From positions 96,001 through 160,000 of the forward strand of contig CAWJKZ010000024.1 of the NCBI GenBank assembly GCA_963843575.1: a stretch of 64,000 nucleotides of DNA, given 5' to 3'. Source of the stretch: an uncultured Acidobacteriota bacterium. Lineage in GTDB: Bacteria > Acidobacteriota > UBA6911. Positions 27,921 to 37,864 of the stretch are shown piece by piece; position 1 is the first letter of the stretch; every line of letters begins with the position of its first letter. A program made the translations under genes and the position numbers. The notes under the pieces are model-generated. The model was given only the letters and a program-made list of their open reading frames with translations. It was not told where the DNA came from and did not search any database.

Positions 27921-29648
27921 ATGCCCAAGTTGCAGATCAGGACGCCATACGGAAGTCAGAACGAGCTGGTGTTGACCGCCGATTCGTACTCGCTCGGGCG
28001 GGCGTCGGACAACGACATCGTCCTGGAGGATTCCGGCGTGTCGCGCCACCACGGCAGGTTCGAGCGGCACGACGAGGGATACCGGTTCACGGATCTGGGC
28101 AGCCACAACGGCACGTTCATCAATGGGCTCAAAGTCAGATCGGCGGCCCTGGAGGACGGGGACCACGTCCAGATCGGCCAGCACGTCCTCACCTATGCCG
28201 TCAGGGAAGACGCCCCACCGCCCGCGCGGGACCTGACGGTCAGCTTCGAAGTGGACTACGACCAGATCGTCTCGCAGATCACGCGGCAGGTGCGTACCGC
28301 CGAGACGCTGAAAGGGGACAGCTCGCTCCTTTCGCAGCTTCAGAAAGAGCAGCACACGGTCCGGCTTCTGTTCGAGCTGAGCAACGCCATTTCGACGCTC
28401 AACACCGTCGAGGCGGTGGCGCAGAAGGCGGCGGAGGTGCTGCTGCAGACGACGCGGGCCGAGCGCGCGGCCCTCTTCCTGGTCGAAGGGCAGGAGAAGG
28501 GTCTGATCCCGGTGATCGTGCAGGGGCGGCCGGGCCGTGTCGTGGACCCGCGGCCGGTGGTGCTCTCATCCACGATCGCCGCCAAGATCCTGACCGAGCG
28601 GAAGGGGATCATCACCGCGGACGCCCTGAGCGACGACAGGTTCGCGCACGGCCAGAGCGTCGCGATCCAGGGCCTGCGCTCGATCGCCTGCGCCCCCCTG
28701 CTCGGCAAATCGGGCAGCCTGGGGATCGTGTACCTCGAGAACAAGAGTTCCGTCGGGGCGTTCCACGAGGAGGATTTGAAGCTCCTGTGCGCGGTCGCGT
28801 CCCAAATCGGGCTGGCGATAGAGAACGCGCGTCTCTTCGACGCGTTGCGGCGCCACTCGGAAGAGCTGGAGAAAACGGTCGAGGAGCGCACGGCCGCGTT
28901 GAATCGGGCGCAGCTGAAGCTGTATCAGACCGAGAAGATGGCGTCGCTGAGCCGCCTCGTAGCAGGGGTGGCACACGAGATCAACAACCCGCTCGGGGCG
29001 CTCAAGTCCAACCTGGAACTGCTGATGGTGATGTTCGGCCGGGCCGCGACCCAGCCCGACCGGCCCCGCGAGGAAGCGGTCTTGTTCGAGCACCTCGCCG
29101 GGCTCGGGCAGGCCAGCGTGGCCGCGTGCGCCCGGATCGTGAACGTCGTGCGCGCGTTGTCGTCCTTCGCCCGGCTCGACGAGGCCGACTTCAAGAAGGC
29201 GGACGTCAACGAGGGCATCCGGACCGTGACGCAGCTGCTCGACCCGTCCCTGCGCCGCAACGTCGAGCTAAGGCTGGATCTGGCGCCCTTGCCCCAGATC
29301 GTCTGCTTCCCGGCACTGCTGAACGAGGCGTTCATGAACCTGCTGGTCAACGCGTGCCAGGCGATCAAGACCTCCGGACAGGTGATCATCTCCAGCGTCC
29401 TGGACGCCGAACACGTCGTCGTCACAATATCCGACACGGGGTCGGGCATCCCCCGGGAACACCTCGGCAAGATATTCGAGCCGGGGTTCACAACCAAGAA
29501 ACTGGGGGTAGGGATCGGGCTCGGCCTGGCGGTCGTCTATAGCGTCATCAAGGAACACGGGGGCACGATCGAGGTCGAAAGCGAGCCGGACCGGGGCTCG
29601 ATGTTTCGGATACGGCTCCCGATCACTCCCCGGGGTCCCAAGGCTTGA
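27921..29648 (+). CDS. FHA-GAF-histidine kinase
   Basis: FHA GRASDND..VSRHH..DLGSHNGT; GAF; H-box AHEINNPL; NLLVNA, DTGSGI, FTTK, GLGL. Confidence 0.85.
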   Translation: MPKLQIRTPYGSQNELVLTADSYSLGRASDNDIVLEDSGVSRHHGRFERHDEGYRFTDLGSHNGTFINGLKVRSAALEDGDHVQIGQHVLTYAVREDAPPPARDLTVSFEVDYDQIVSQITRQVRTAETLKGDSSLLSQLQKEQHTVRLLFELSNAISTLNTVEAVAQKAAEVLLQTTRAERAALFLVEGQEKGLIPVIVQGRPGRVVDPRPVVLSSTIAAKILTERKGIITADALSDDRFAHGQSVAIQGLRSIACAPLLGKSGSLGIVYLENKSSVGAFHEEDLKLLCAVASQIGLAIENARLFDALRRHSEELEKTVEERTAALNRAQLKLYQTEKMASLSRLVAGVAHEINNPLGALKSNLELLMVMFGRAATQPDRPREEAVLFEHLAGLGQASVAACARIVNVVRALSSFARLDEADFKKADVNEGIRTVTQLLDPSLRRNVELRLDLAPLPQIVCFPALLNEAFMNLLVNACQAIKTSGQVIISSVLDAEHVVVTISDTGSGIPREHLGKIFEPGFTTKKLGVGIGLGLAVVYSVIKEHGGTIEVESEPDRGSMFRIRLPITPRGPKA

Positions 29649-29671
29649 CAGGCGAAGCCTCCGACGTGGAT

Positions 29672-30883
29672 TCAATATCCGAAGGAGCCCGTCCCCGGTT
29701 TTCTCGAGGCGAGGTTTCCCACGATGCGCCCGTAGGCGTCCCGGATTATGGCGGGTTCCTGCACGAAGGAAATGACGAGGTGGGAGGGCGCGATATCGTA
29801 GAAATGGCCGGGGTGCACCAGCAATCCCTCCTCTCGCAGCAGTTGTTCTGCAGCCTCGTCCTCGCCGGTCTCTCGAAGCCTCAGGGTGACGTAGAACCCG
29901 CCCCGTGGCGGCACGAACGAGAGATCGGGGCTGGGGCCGAGTATGCGGGCTGCTTCGGCCCACCGGCGGCGGATTTCGGCCGAGTACTCCTCCAGGAAAG
30001 GCCCGCCGAGGCTCATGATGTCGGGCACGGCGGCCTGGGCGATCTCGCTCACGGGCAGGAAGGTGTCGGAGATCATCTCGAGGGCCGCCAGGGCCCGCCC
30101 GACCCTCACCTCCTCACCGGAGAGCGCCATCCAGCCGAGCTTCAGCCCGGGCAGGGCGTACATTTTCGAAAAGCCGTTGAGCGTGATTACCAGGGGCGCC
30201 GCCGTGAGCGCGGGCCGGGGGAGCGGGCCCGGCCCGAGCAGGAATTCGCTGAACACCTCGTCACTGATGATCGCCAGGTCGTGCCTTGCCGCCAGTTCCG
30301 CCACTCCCTCGAGTTCGTCTGCGCCCGGCACGTGACCCGTGGGGTTGTGGGGCGAGATCAGCGCCAGCGCCCGCGTCCGCGTCGAGATGCAGGCTTCGAG
30401 GTGATCCAGGTCGATGCGCCAGCCCCTCTCTTCCTGGAGCCGGTAAGGGATCAGCCTGACTCCACCCAGGAGCGCGATGTAGTCGAACAAAGGATAGGAG
30501 GGGCTCGGACAGAGGATTTCGTCCCCCTCGTCGGCCAGCAGCCTGAAGCTGTACCAGTACGAGATGCTGGTGCCGGGCGTCAGCACGAAGCGATCGGGCG
30601 GGATCGACACGCCCTGGAGGGCGTAGTAGGCGGAAAGGGCTTCGCGGGCCGGTCTCTGGCCGAAGGAATCCGGGCGGTAGACGGCGCAGCGGCGCGCCCC
30701 GTCGGCGAGCGCCCGCTCCAGGATGTCCGGGGGGAACACGAGGCCGTGCTCGGTGACGTTTCCCGAGACCAGGTCGATAATCCGCCGCCCCTGTGCACGA
30801 AGCTGATCGCGCAGGGTGTAGAGCGGGTTCGTTTCGCCGTGCAGCTGCGATGCGACGCGTGAGAACATGGTGGGAGACAACAT
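29672..30883 (-). CDS. PLP-dependent aminotransferase class I/II
   Basis: PSYP, SPHNPTG, SDEVF, GFSKMYALPGLKLGW; start uncertain (30883 or 30868). Confidence 0.85.
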   Translation of the reverse strand: MLSPTMFSRVASQLHGETNPLYTLRDQLRAQGRRIIDLVSGNVTEHGLVFPPDILERALADGARRCAVYRPDSFGQRPAREALSAYYALQGVSIPPDRFVLTPGTSISYWYSFRLLADEGDEILCPSPSYPLFDYIALLGGVRLIPYRLQEERGWRIDLDHLEACISTRTRALALISPHNPTGHVPGADELEGVAELAARHDLAIISDEVFSEFLLGPGPLPRPALTAAPLVITLNGFSKMYALPGLKLGWMALSGEEVRVGRALAALEMISDTFLPVSEIAQAAVPDIMSLGGPFLEEYSAEIRRRWAEAARILGPSPDLSFVPPRGGFYVTLRLRETGEDEAAEQLLREEGLLVHPGHFYDIAPSHLVISFVQEPAIIRDAYGRIVGNLASRKPGTGSFGY

Positions 30884-30976
30884 CGCCGGAGCGGCGGCTT
30901 CCACGCCCTGCTCCGGCGACGGGCTGGTGACGGTCAGGGGGGCGGCCACGCCGCCCCCCTGGTGTTCCGGTTGGGG

Positions 30977-31237
30977 CTACTTTTTCCAGTAGTCGTAGTT
31001 GACCTGGATGAAGCTTTTCCACTTTTCCGGCACTTCCTCTTCCGGGAAGATCGCCGCCACTGGGCAGGCAGGCTCGCAGGCGCCGCAGTCGATGCATTCG
31101 TCCGGGTTGATGTACAGCTGCACCGCCTCGGCAAACCCCTCCTCGTCTTTCCGCGGGTGGATGCAGTCCACCGGGCAAACGTCGACGCAGGCGGTATCCT
31201 TGGTGTTGATGCACGGTTCAGCAATGATATAGGTCAT
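30977..31237 (-). CDS. fdxA: 7Fe-type dicluster ferredoxin
   Basis: MTYIIAEPC..KD.ACVDVCPVDCI and CIDCGACEPACP. Confidence 0.85.
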   Translation of the reverse strand: MTYIIAEPCINTKDTACVDVCPVDCIHPRKDEEGFAEAVQLYINPDECIDCGACEPACPVAAIFPEEEVPEKWKSFIQVNYDYWKK

Positions 31238-31382
31238 TTTCTCTCCTCGAGCAAAGCCTCCCAGGGGGACGGTGTCACACGTTTCGTCAACGTCCCCGGA
31301 TTATTGCGAAATCCGCGGATGCTGTCCAGATCCTGGTGCACTCTTCGGCTTCACCGCTCCGTTGGGCATGACTAGGCGCGGG

Positions 31383-32532
31383 TCAGATGCGGCCGAGCAC
31401 GATGCCGAACACCGCCAGGAGGATCGAGGCGCCCACCGCGATGTTGAGCGACTGCTTGATGCTCTTGCCCTGAGAGAAGGAACCGATCCACGCCGGGATC
31501 ACGGTGCCGCCGATCAGGCCGATCGCGAAGATGTCCCCGAAAACACTGCCGTGCTGAGTCGGCTGGAACTTTCCGAAGGTCAGGCCGACGATCGTCGGGA
31601 ACATCGGGGCGAAGCACAGGCCGACGACGACGATCGCGGCGGTGGCGATGCCGTGGCTGCTTGCGCGGGTCATGGCGAGAATGGCCACGGCGGCGATCAG
31701 CGCCAGCACCAGGATCGAGGTTGGCCTCCATCCCTTTCTGCACGACCTGCGAGGCGGTCAGGCGGCCGACCATGAACGTGATCCAGAACAGGGAAAGTAT
31801 GCCGCTGGCTTTTTCGTCGGAAAACTGCAGGCTCTTGAGGTAGGTCGTGATCCAGCTCCCCATCGAAACCTCGAGCCCGATGTAGAACAGCAGCGCCAGG
31901 CCCGCGGCCCAAACGACGGTGTTGGTCAACAGCCCGAAGAACTGGGAGATCTCGAAGCCGCTGTTGATCGGGGGATAGGTCGCCAGGGCGACCGGCACGA
32001 CCGCGAGCACCAGAACGACCGCGATCAGGGTGAGACCGCGCGCCAATGGGAGTTTCTTGAGCACGAGCCCGACCAGGATCGGCATCAGGAACGCGCCCAG
32101 CCCGAAGAAGACGTTGCCGAAGTTATTGGCAGCCGCAGGGTTGTCGGGGTTGATGGCCGGGACGATGAGGGTGTTCCCGCCCGTGTTCAGCCCGCTCCCC
32201 CCGATCCCGAGGACGATGCAGCCCAGGGCCGCCGAGCCGTACGACTTGGCGTTGCCGATGATGAGGATGCCGATGCAGGTGATCACGAACCCGAGCAGAA
32301 TGGTCAGCCTGTGCCCGAACTTGTCGAGGAAAGGACCCGAGACCAGCACCATGATCAGGCTGGTGAACAGGAGCGCCGAGATCAACTTGCCGACCTGCGC
32401 GTCGTTCAGGCTGAGCTTCTGCGCCAGCTTTAGCTTGATGGCGCCTATGAGCGACATGACGATACCAAAGCCGAAAACGCTGAGCAGAGCAACCCACGTC
32501 ACCGCATGAGCAAACGGAGATCCAGGACCCAT
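31383..32532 (-). CDS. MFS transporter (fucose/glucose permease-like), one frameshift near 31720
   Basis: Multi-TM; FFGLGA, YIGLEVS, MVGRL; last TMs (APMFPT) in the 31383-31709 frame. Confidence 0.8.
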
Positions 32533-32808
32533 AACGCGCTCCTTGTCACGGTAAGAATGACTGCAGTTCCTGTAACGGCAGCACTATAGCGATCCCCCCC
32601 ATCCCAATCCACATATTTCGTTTCGGGGCCGCGCCGGGCACGCTTGCGGGCATTTGCATGCCCTTCCCGGCCGGGCCAGGCGCGGGCGGACGGGACCCCT
32701 CAGCGAGGCGGGCGAGGGCGCGGTCGTCACCCGCATTTTCTGAGGACGGGTTACGTTCATTCTGGTATAAGTACCCCCGGCAAACGCACATCAGAATAGG
32801 GCGAGTAG

Positions 32809-33825
32809 ATGCAGAGCGACCTGATCCTCGTAGCGGGTGTTATTGGTGTTGCCCTTATCTTTGACTTTATAAACGGGTTCCACGACGCGGCGAACTCGAT
32901 TGCCACGGTGGTGTCGACTCACGTACTGTCCCCCCGGGCGGCGGTGGCGATGGCGGCATTCTGGAACTTCGCCGCCGCTTTCTTCCTCGAGACGCGCGTG
33001 GCCGCGACCATCGGCAGAGACATCGTGCACCCCGAGTTCCTGGACCCGTACATGGTGATGTTCGGCCTCCTGGGCGCGATCATCTGGAATGTCATCACCT
33101 GGTACTACGGGCTGCCGTCGAGTTCGTCGCACGCCCTGGTGGGCGGTTTTGCGGGTTCGGCCGTCGCGCACGCCGGGCTGGCGGCGCTGAAGCCGGAGGG
33201 CTTCCTGAAGGTGGTCCCGTACATCGTGATCGCGCCGGTCGTCGGCCTGGTGCTGGGGCGCGGCATGATGGTGCTGATCAACTTCCTTTTCCGGGACTCG
33301 ACCCCCGGCAAGGTGGACCACATCTTCCGCCGGGGCCAGCTGGTCTCCGCTTCCATCTTCAGCTTCAGCCACGGCATGAACGACGCTCAGAAGACCATGG
33401 GCATCATCCTGGCCCTCCTGATCTCGGCGAATCTCGTTCCCGGGGGCGCGGGGGCGGCCTCCGCGCACGTGCCGCTGTGGGTGATCCTGTCGTGTCACGC
33501 CGCCATCGCGCTGGGCACGTACTTCGGCGGCTGGCGCATCGTGAAGACTCTCGGGATGCGACTCACCCGGCTGCAGCCGGTGGGCGGGTTCTGCGCGGAA
33601 ACCGGCGGCGGCGTCACCATCGTGTTCCTCTCCCTTTTCGGCATCCCCCTGAGCACGACCCACACGATCACCGGGGCCATAGTCGGGGTCGGTTCCACGC
33701 AGCGCCGAGGGGCCGTCCGCTGGGTCGTGGCGCGCAACATCATCTGGGCCTGGATCCTCACGATTCCGTGTGCCGCGCTGTTCGGGGCGCTCCTCGAATT
33801 CTGCATCAGGCCCCTGGTGCGCTAA
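32809..33825 (+). CDS. pit: PiT family inorganic phosphate transporter
   Basis: NGFHDAANSIAT and HGMNDAQKTMG signature motifs. Confidence 0.9.
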   Translation: MQSDLILVAGVIGVALIFDFINGFHDAANSIATVVSTHVLSPRAAVAMAAFWNFAAAFFLETRVAATIGRDIVHPEFLDPYMVMFGLLGAIIWNVITWYYGLPSSSSHALVGGFAGSAVAHAGLAALKPEGFLKVVPYIVIAPVVGLVLGRGMMVLINFLFRDSTPGKVDHIFRRGQLVSASIFSFSHGMNDAQKTMGIILALLISANLVPGGAGAASAHVPLWVILSCHAAIALGTYFGGWRIVKTLGMRLTRLQPVGGFCAETGGGVTIVFLSLFGIPLSTTHTITGAIVGVGSTQRRGAVRWVVARNIIWAWILTIPCAALFGALLEFCIRPLVR

Positions 33826-33924
33826 CCCGTGGAGTGCGGCCCCCCCCGAGATAACGGTGCCGAGCTGCCCTTCATCGATGAAACCCTGGTGTGAACCGCG
33901 ATCTCCGCTGATAGAATCCGCCGG

Positions 33925-35310
33925 ATGAGAGCCCGGTTGACCCTTTTTGCCGCGGCGGCCGTGACCCTGGCCGCCGCCCTGACAGTGGCGAACGAGTACG
34001 GTCCGCTCGCCTTTCCTCCCGTCGTGACGCTGGCCTCGCGCTGGCTGGCCCTTGCGGCGCTTGCGCTGCACGCCGCGCAGCGCAAGTCGCTCACGACCTG
34101 GATACTGGTCAGCATGGTGATCGGGGCGGAACTCGGGCACGACTGGCCGGCAGCGGCGGTCAACCTGAGGGTGCTCAGCCTCGTCTTCCTGCGCATGATC
34201 AAGACGATCATCGCGCCGCTACTGTTCGCCACGCTGGTCGTGGGGATCGCCGGGCACCACGACCTGCGCCAGGTCGGGCGCATGGGCGTCAAGGCGCTCG
34301 TCTATTTCGAGGTCGTCACGACGATCGCCCTGTTCATCGGGCTCGCGGCCATCAACATGAGCAAGGCGGGGATGGGGGTTACGTTGCCGCCGGCCGCGAA
34401 GGCCGAACCGTTGACCGCGGTCAAGCAGACGCCCACCGACGTCATCCTGCACGTGTTCCCGGAGAACATCGCGAAGTCGGTCGCGGAAGGTCAGGTGCTC
34501 CAGATCGTGGTATTCAGCATCGTGTTCGGGATCGCACTGGCCATGCTGAGCGAGAGCAAGAGACGGCCCGTCCTGGCTTTCTGCGAGAGCCTGTCCGAGA
34601 CGATGTTCAAGTTCACGAACCTCGTCATGTATTTCGCGCCCGTCGGGGTGGGAGCCGCCATCGCGTACACGGTCGGGCACATGGGGCTGGGAATCCTGGT
34701 CAACCTGTTCAAGCTCCTCGCGACGCTCTACGTGGCGCTGGCGGTTTTCCTGCTCGGGGTGCTTTTGCCGGTCGCCCTGATGGCTCGCGTCCCGATTCGC
34801 CGGTTCGTCAAAGCCGTCGCCGAACCCGTGTCGATCGCGTTCGCCACGACCAGCTCCGAGGCGGCGCTGCCGCGCGCCATGGAAGCGATGGAGGCCCTCG
34901 GCGTTCCCCGCCAGATCGTAGCCTTCGTGATGCCTACCGGCTACAGCTTCAATCTGGACGGCACCACCCTCTACCTCTCGCTCGCCTCCGTGTTCGTGGC
35001 CCAGGCGGCGGGGATCCACATGACCTGGGGACAGCAGCTGCTGATGGTGTTCACCCTGATGCTGACCAGCAAAGGGGTGGCGGGGGTGCCGCGCGCGTCG
35101 CTCGTCATCCTGCTGGGCACGGCCGCGTCGTTCAATCTGCCGGTCGAGCCGATCTTCATCATCCTTGGCATCGACGAGCTGATGGACATGGCGCGCACCT
35201 CGGTCAACGTGCTGGGCAACTGCCTGGCGACGGTGGTGATCGCGAGGTGGGAAGGGGAATTCGGCCGCGAGCGGCCATCCGCGGTCGTTCGGGAGGCGCT
35301 CCCCGAATAG
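33925..35310 (+). CDS. Dicarboxylate/amino acid:cation symporter (GltP/DctA family)
   Basis: FATTSSEAALP, GYSFNLDG, SKGVAGVP, DMART. Confidence 0.9.
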   Translation: MRARLTLFAAAAVTLAAALTVANEYGPLAFPPVVTLASRWLALAALALHAAQRKSLTTWILVSMVIGAELGHDWPAAAVNLRVLSLVFLRMIKTIIAPLLFATLVVGIAGHHDLRQVGRMGVKALVYFEVVTTIALFIGLAAINMSKAGMGVTLPPAAKAEPLTAVKQTPTDVILHVFPENIAKSVAEGQVLQIVVFSIVFGIALAMLSESKRRPVLAFCESLSETMFKFTNLVMYFAPVGVGAAIAYTVGHMGLGILVNLFKLLATLYVALAVFLLGVLLPVALMARVPIRRFVKAVAEPVSIAFATTSSEAALPRAMEAMEALGVPRQIVAFVMPTGYSFNLDGTTLYLSLASVFVAQAAGIHMTWGQQLLMVFTLMLTSKGVAGVPRASLVILLGTAASFNLPVEPIFIILGIDELMDMARTSVNVLGNCLATVVIARWEGEFGRERPSAVVREALPE

Positions 35311-35334
35311 CCTGTGCCCGTTCCAGGGCCGGGA

Positions 35335-36458
35335 TCAGGCGAACAGTTCCTGCGCCCTCCGCAGCCGGCGCACTACGTCCACACCGTTGCGGCACCGGAC
35401 GGCGCACGAGGAACAATCGCCGCAGTTCACGCTGCGGATGGCGGCGGGCAACTTGAGAAAGTGCTCCCGCCCCAGTGCGAACTGGCCGTAGCCGTCCGCA
35501 TAGGCGACATAGCGCAGCATGTCGGTCACCGGCAAGCCCTTCGGGCACTGGCCCGCACAGCGGTAGCACATGCGGCAGTACTCCGGCCGGATCTCATCCA
35601 GCCGCCGGGCCAGGAGCCGCTCCTCGGCCGGCTCCAAGGGCCCCGCCATGGCCTGGAAGTTCTCCTCCAGCTGTTCCATGTCGGTCATGCTCGGAATGGC
35701 CGTTGCGAAGTACGGTTTGCGGATCGCCCATTTCAGGGCCGCCAGGCCGGCCATCGGCCGCTTCATCTGGGGCCGCGGGTTGCGCGTTTTCAGCCCGCCC
35801 GCCATCACCTTCATCGCCACCAGGCCCAGCCCGGCCTTGCTGATGCGCTCAAAGGCGGCGTCGCGCGTGTCGCCATGGTGAAATTGTAGGTGGACAGCAC
35901 CACTTCGATCTTCCCGGTCTCCAGGATGCGGTCCACCATGTCGTTGGGCGAGTGCGTGCTCAACCCGATGTGGCGGATCTTGCCCTGCTGTTTGGCCTTG
36001 CACCAGGCCTCCACCAGTTCGTCCGGCACCTGCGCCGGTTTGTCCTTGCTGTGGATGTACCAGATGTCCAGGTAGTCGGTACCGATCTCCTTCAGGCTGG
36101 TTTCGAGCTCGGCGGTTGCCTCGGCGGCCGTCTCGGCCTCGGACTTGCTCGACAGCACGATGTCCTTGCGCCGGCCCTTCAACGCCGCACCCACCATGCG
36201 CTCGTTGTTGCCGCTCTGATAGCCGCGGGCGGTGTCGAAATAGGTGATGCCCATGTCGAGGGCCCGTGCGATCACGCTGGGGTCGGTGGTGATCATGGCG
36301 CCGAATCCCACCGTCGTTACCTTCAACCCGGTCTTGCCCAGCACGCGGTAGCTCAATTTCCCGGCTTCGGCCGGCGCCGCCACGGCGGGTAATGCCGCCG
36401 CAGCCGGCAGTGCCGCCGCACCCGCCAGGAAACTTCTGCGCGATTGTTCCAGTGCCAT
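35335..36458 (-). CDS. Aldo/keto reductase with Tat signal and C-terminal Fe-S domain, frameshift near 35870
   Basis: SRRSFL; LGKTG, FDTARGY, IGTDYLD, IGLSTH; then AMK and CRMCYRCAGQCP, CGDCSSCAVRC in second frame. Confidence 0.8.
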
Positions 36459-36640
36459 GTCCAATCTCCTCGGTTGCTCTCGCTTCTCCGTGGCCGACCA
36501 GCAAAGCTGAACCTGCTCGCCGCTGCCCGACCTCTGGCGTCCCCCCGCTCCGACCGCCGGACCGGGAAGGATTATATCCCGGAACGCGCGAGGTACGATG
36601 AAATCCGCGGGTCCGCCCCGCGGCTCGGTTCGAGCCCGGT

Positions 36641-37864
36641 TTACGGGGTTTTTCCCGTCAGGCGGTCGAGCCGGTGCTGCAGTCGCGCGTGCCATTGACG
36701 GTACTGCTGCTGGGAGACGCGTCCCCCCTGGAGCGCCTCGCTCAGTTTGACGAGCGCCTCGCGCGTCAGGACGGCGGCCTGGCGCGCGTCCCGTGCCCGG
36801 TGCTCGTGGTATATGGCGAGCTGCTCGTAGGCCTCGATGCCGCCGGGCGCATCACCCAGGAGGTCGAGCCACAGGGTGTTCGCACGCTCGTGCTGCCCCG
36901 AGCGCTTCAAGATGCGGGCCAGCTCCCGTCGCGCGGAGCGTTCGGCGGCGCAGGGCAGCCCGGATTCCAGGGCGCGCTCGAACAGGCGGCCCGCCGTCTG
37001 CACTTCGCCCCGCCGCTGCATCAGCCGGGATATGCCGTAGAGCTCCGGGCCATCGCACGGCCCGGCGTCCGGCCGATCGAGCAGGGCGAGGAGGCGTACC
37101 GACAACGCGGCCAGCCCCTGCAGGTCGAGCTCGTTGTGGCGAAAGATCTCGGCCACGGGTTCGGCCGGGCCGCCGCGCAGGAAATCGAAATAACGGCGGG
37201 GAATCGTCTCCGACGGGATATCTCGTCCCCGGTCGAGCGCAAGGACGTGGCGCTCCAGCTCCGCGAGCGCCACCGAACGGAGGCGGAGGCGCCAGAGCTG
37301 GCGCGCGGGGTGGAGGAGGTCCAGGTGGACGGCGGGCGTGCGCTCGGGGCGCATCCGGTTCAGCCTGAAGCGGGTTTCGAGCAGCGGCCAGTCGAAGCAC
37401 TTGCCGTTGAAGGTGACCAGCACGCTGTGGGCGGCGAGTCGCCCGCTCAGCTCCGCGAGCAGCGACGGTTCCTCGCCGTGGTCGCGCATGAAGAGCTGTT
37501 CGACCTCGAGCCCGCCGTTTTCCCACCAGGCCAGTCCCACAAGGAACGCGTAGGTCCCGCTCCCTCCGGCCAATCCGGTCGTTTCCGTGTCCAGGAACAG
37601 CCACGTGTGCGGGTCCGCCGCCTCTTCCGCCCGGGGCGTGAGCAGGCGCAGGGCCTCGGGAGTGACGCGACCGGCGTAGGGGTGCGTCAGCCGGCGGCGG
37701 ACGGCGAGGTGCGGGCCCAGGCCGTTGAGCCGCTCTTCGGCCGAAAGGATCTCGGCCAGGCGCGTGCGGGATGCCGAGGGCGGCTCGGTGGGCGCCTGGG
37801 GCGCCCGCGGGGTTGCGGGGCGAAGCGCCAGTATTCGGGATAGCCTGTCGCTTGTGCCGGTCAT
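36641..37864 (-). CDS. mrfB: YprB/MrfB-like RNase H-fold exonuclease with TPR tail
   Basis: FLDTETTGL, TFNGKCFD, HLDLLH, HNELD; LAIYHEH; ATGA coupled to helicase. Confidence 0.8.
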   Translation of the reverse strand: MTGTSDRLSRILALRPATPRAPQAPTEPPSASRTRLAEILSAEERLNGLGPHLAVRRRLTHPYAGRVTPEALRLLTPRAEEAADPHTWLFLDTETTGLAGGSGTYAFLVGLAWWENGGLEVEQLFMRDHGEEPSLLAELSGRLAAHSVLVTFNGKCFDWPLLETRFRLNRMRPERTPAVHLDLLHPARQLWRLRLRSVALAELERHVLALDRGRDIPSETIPRRYFDFLRGGPAEPVAEIFRHNELDLQGLAALSVRLLALLDRPDAGPCDGPELYGISRLMQRRGEVQTAGRLFERALESGLPCAAERSARRELARILKRSGQHERANTLWLDLLGDAPGGIEAYEQLAIYHEHRARDARQAAVLTREALVKLSEALQGGRVSQQQYRQWHARLQHRLDRLTGKTP

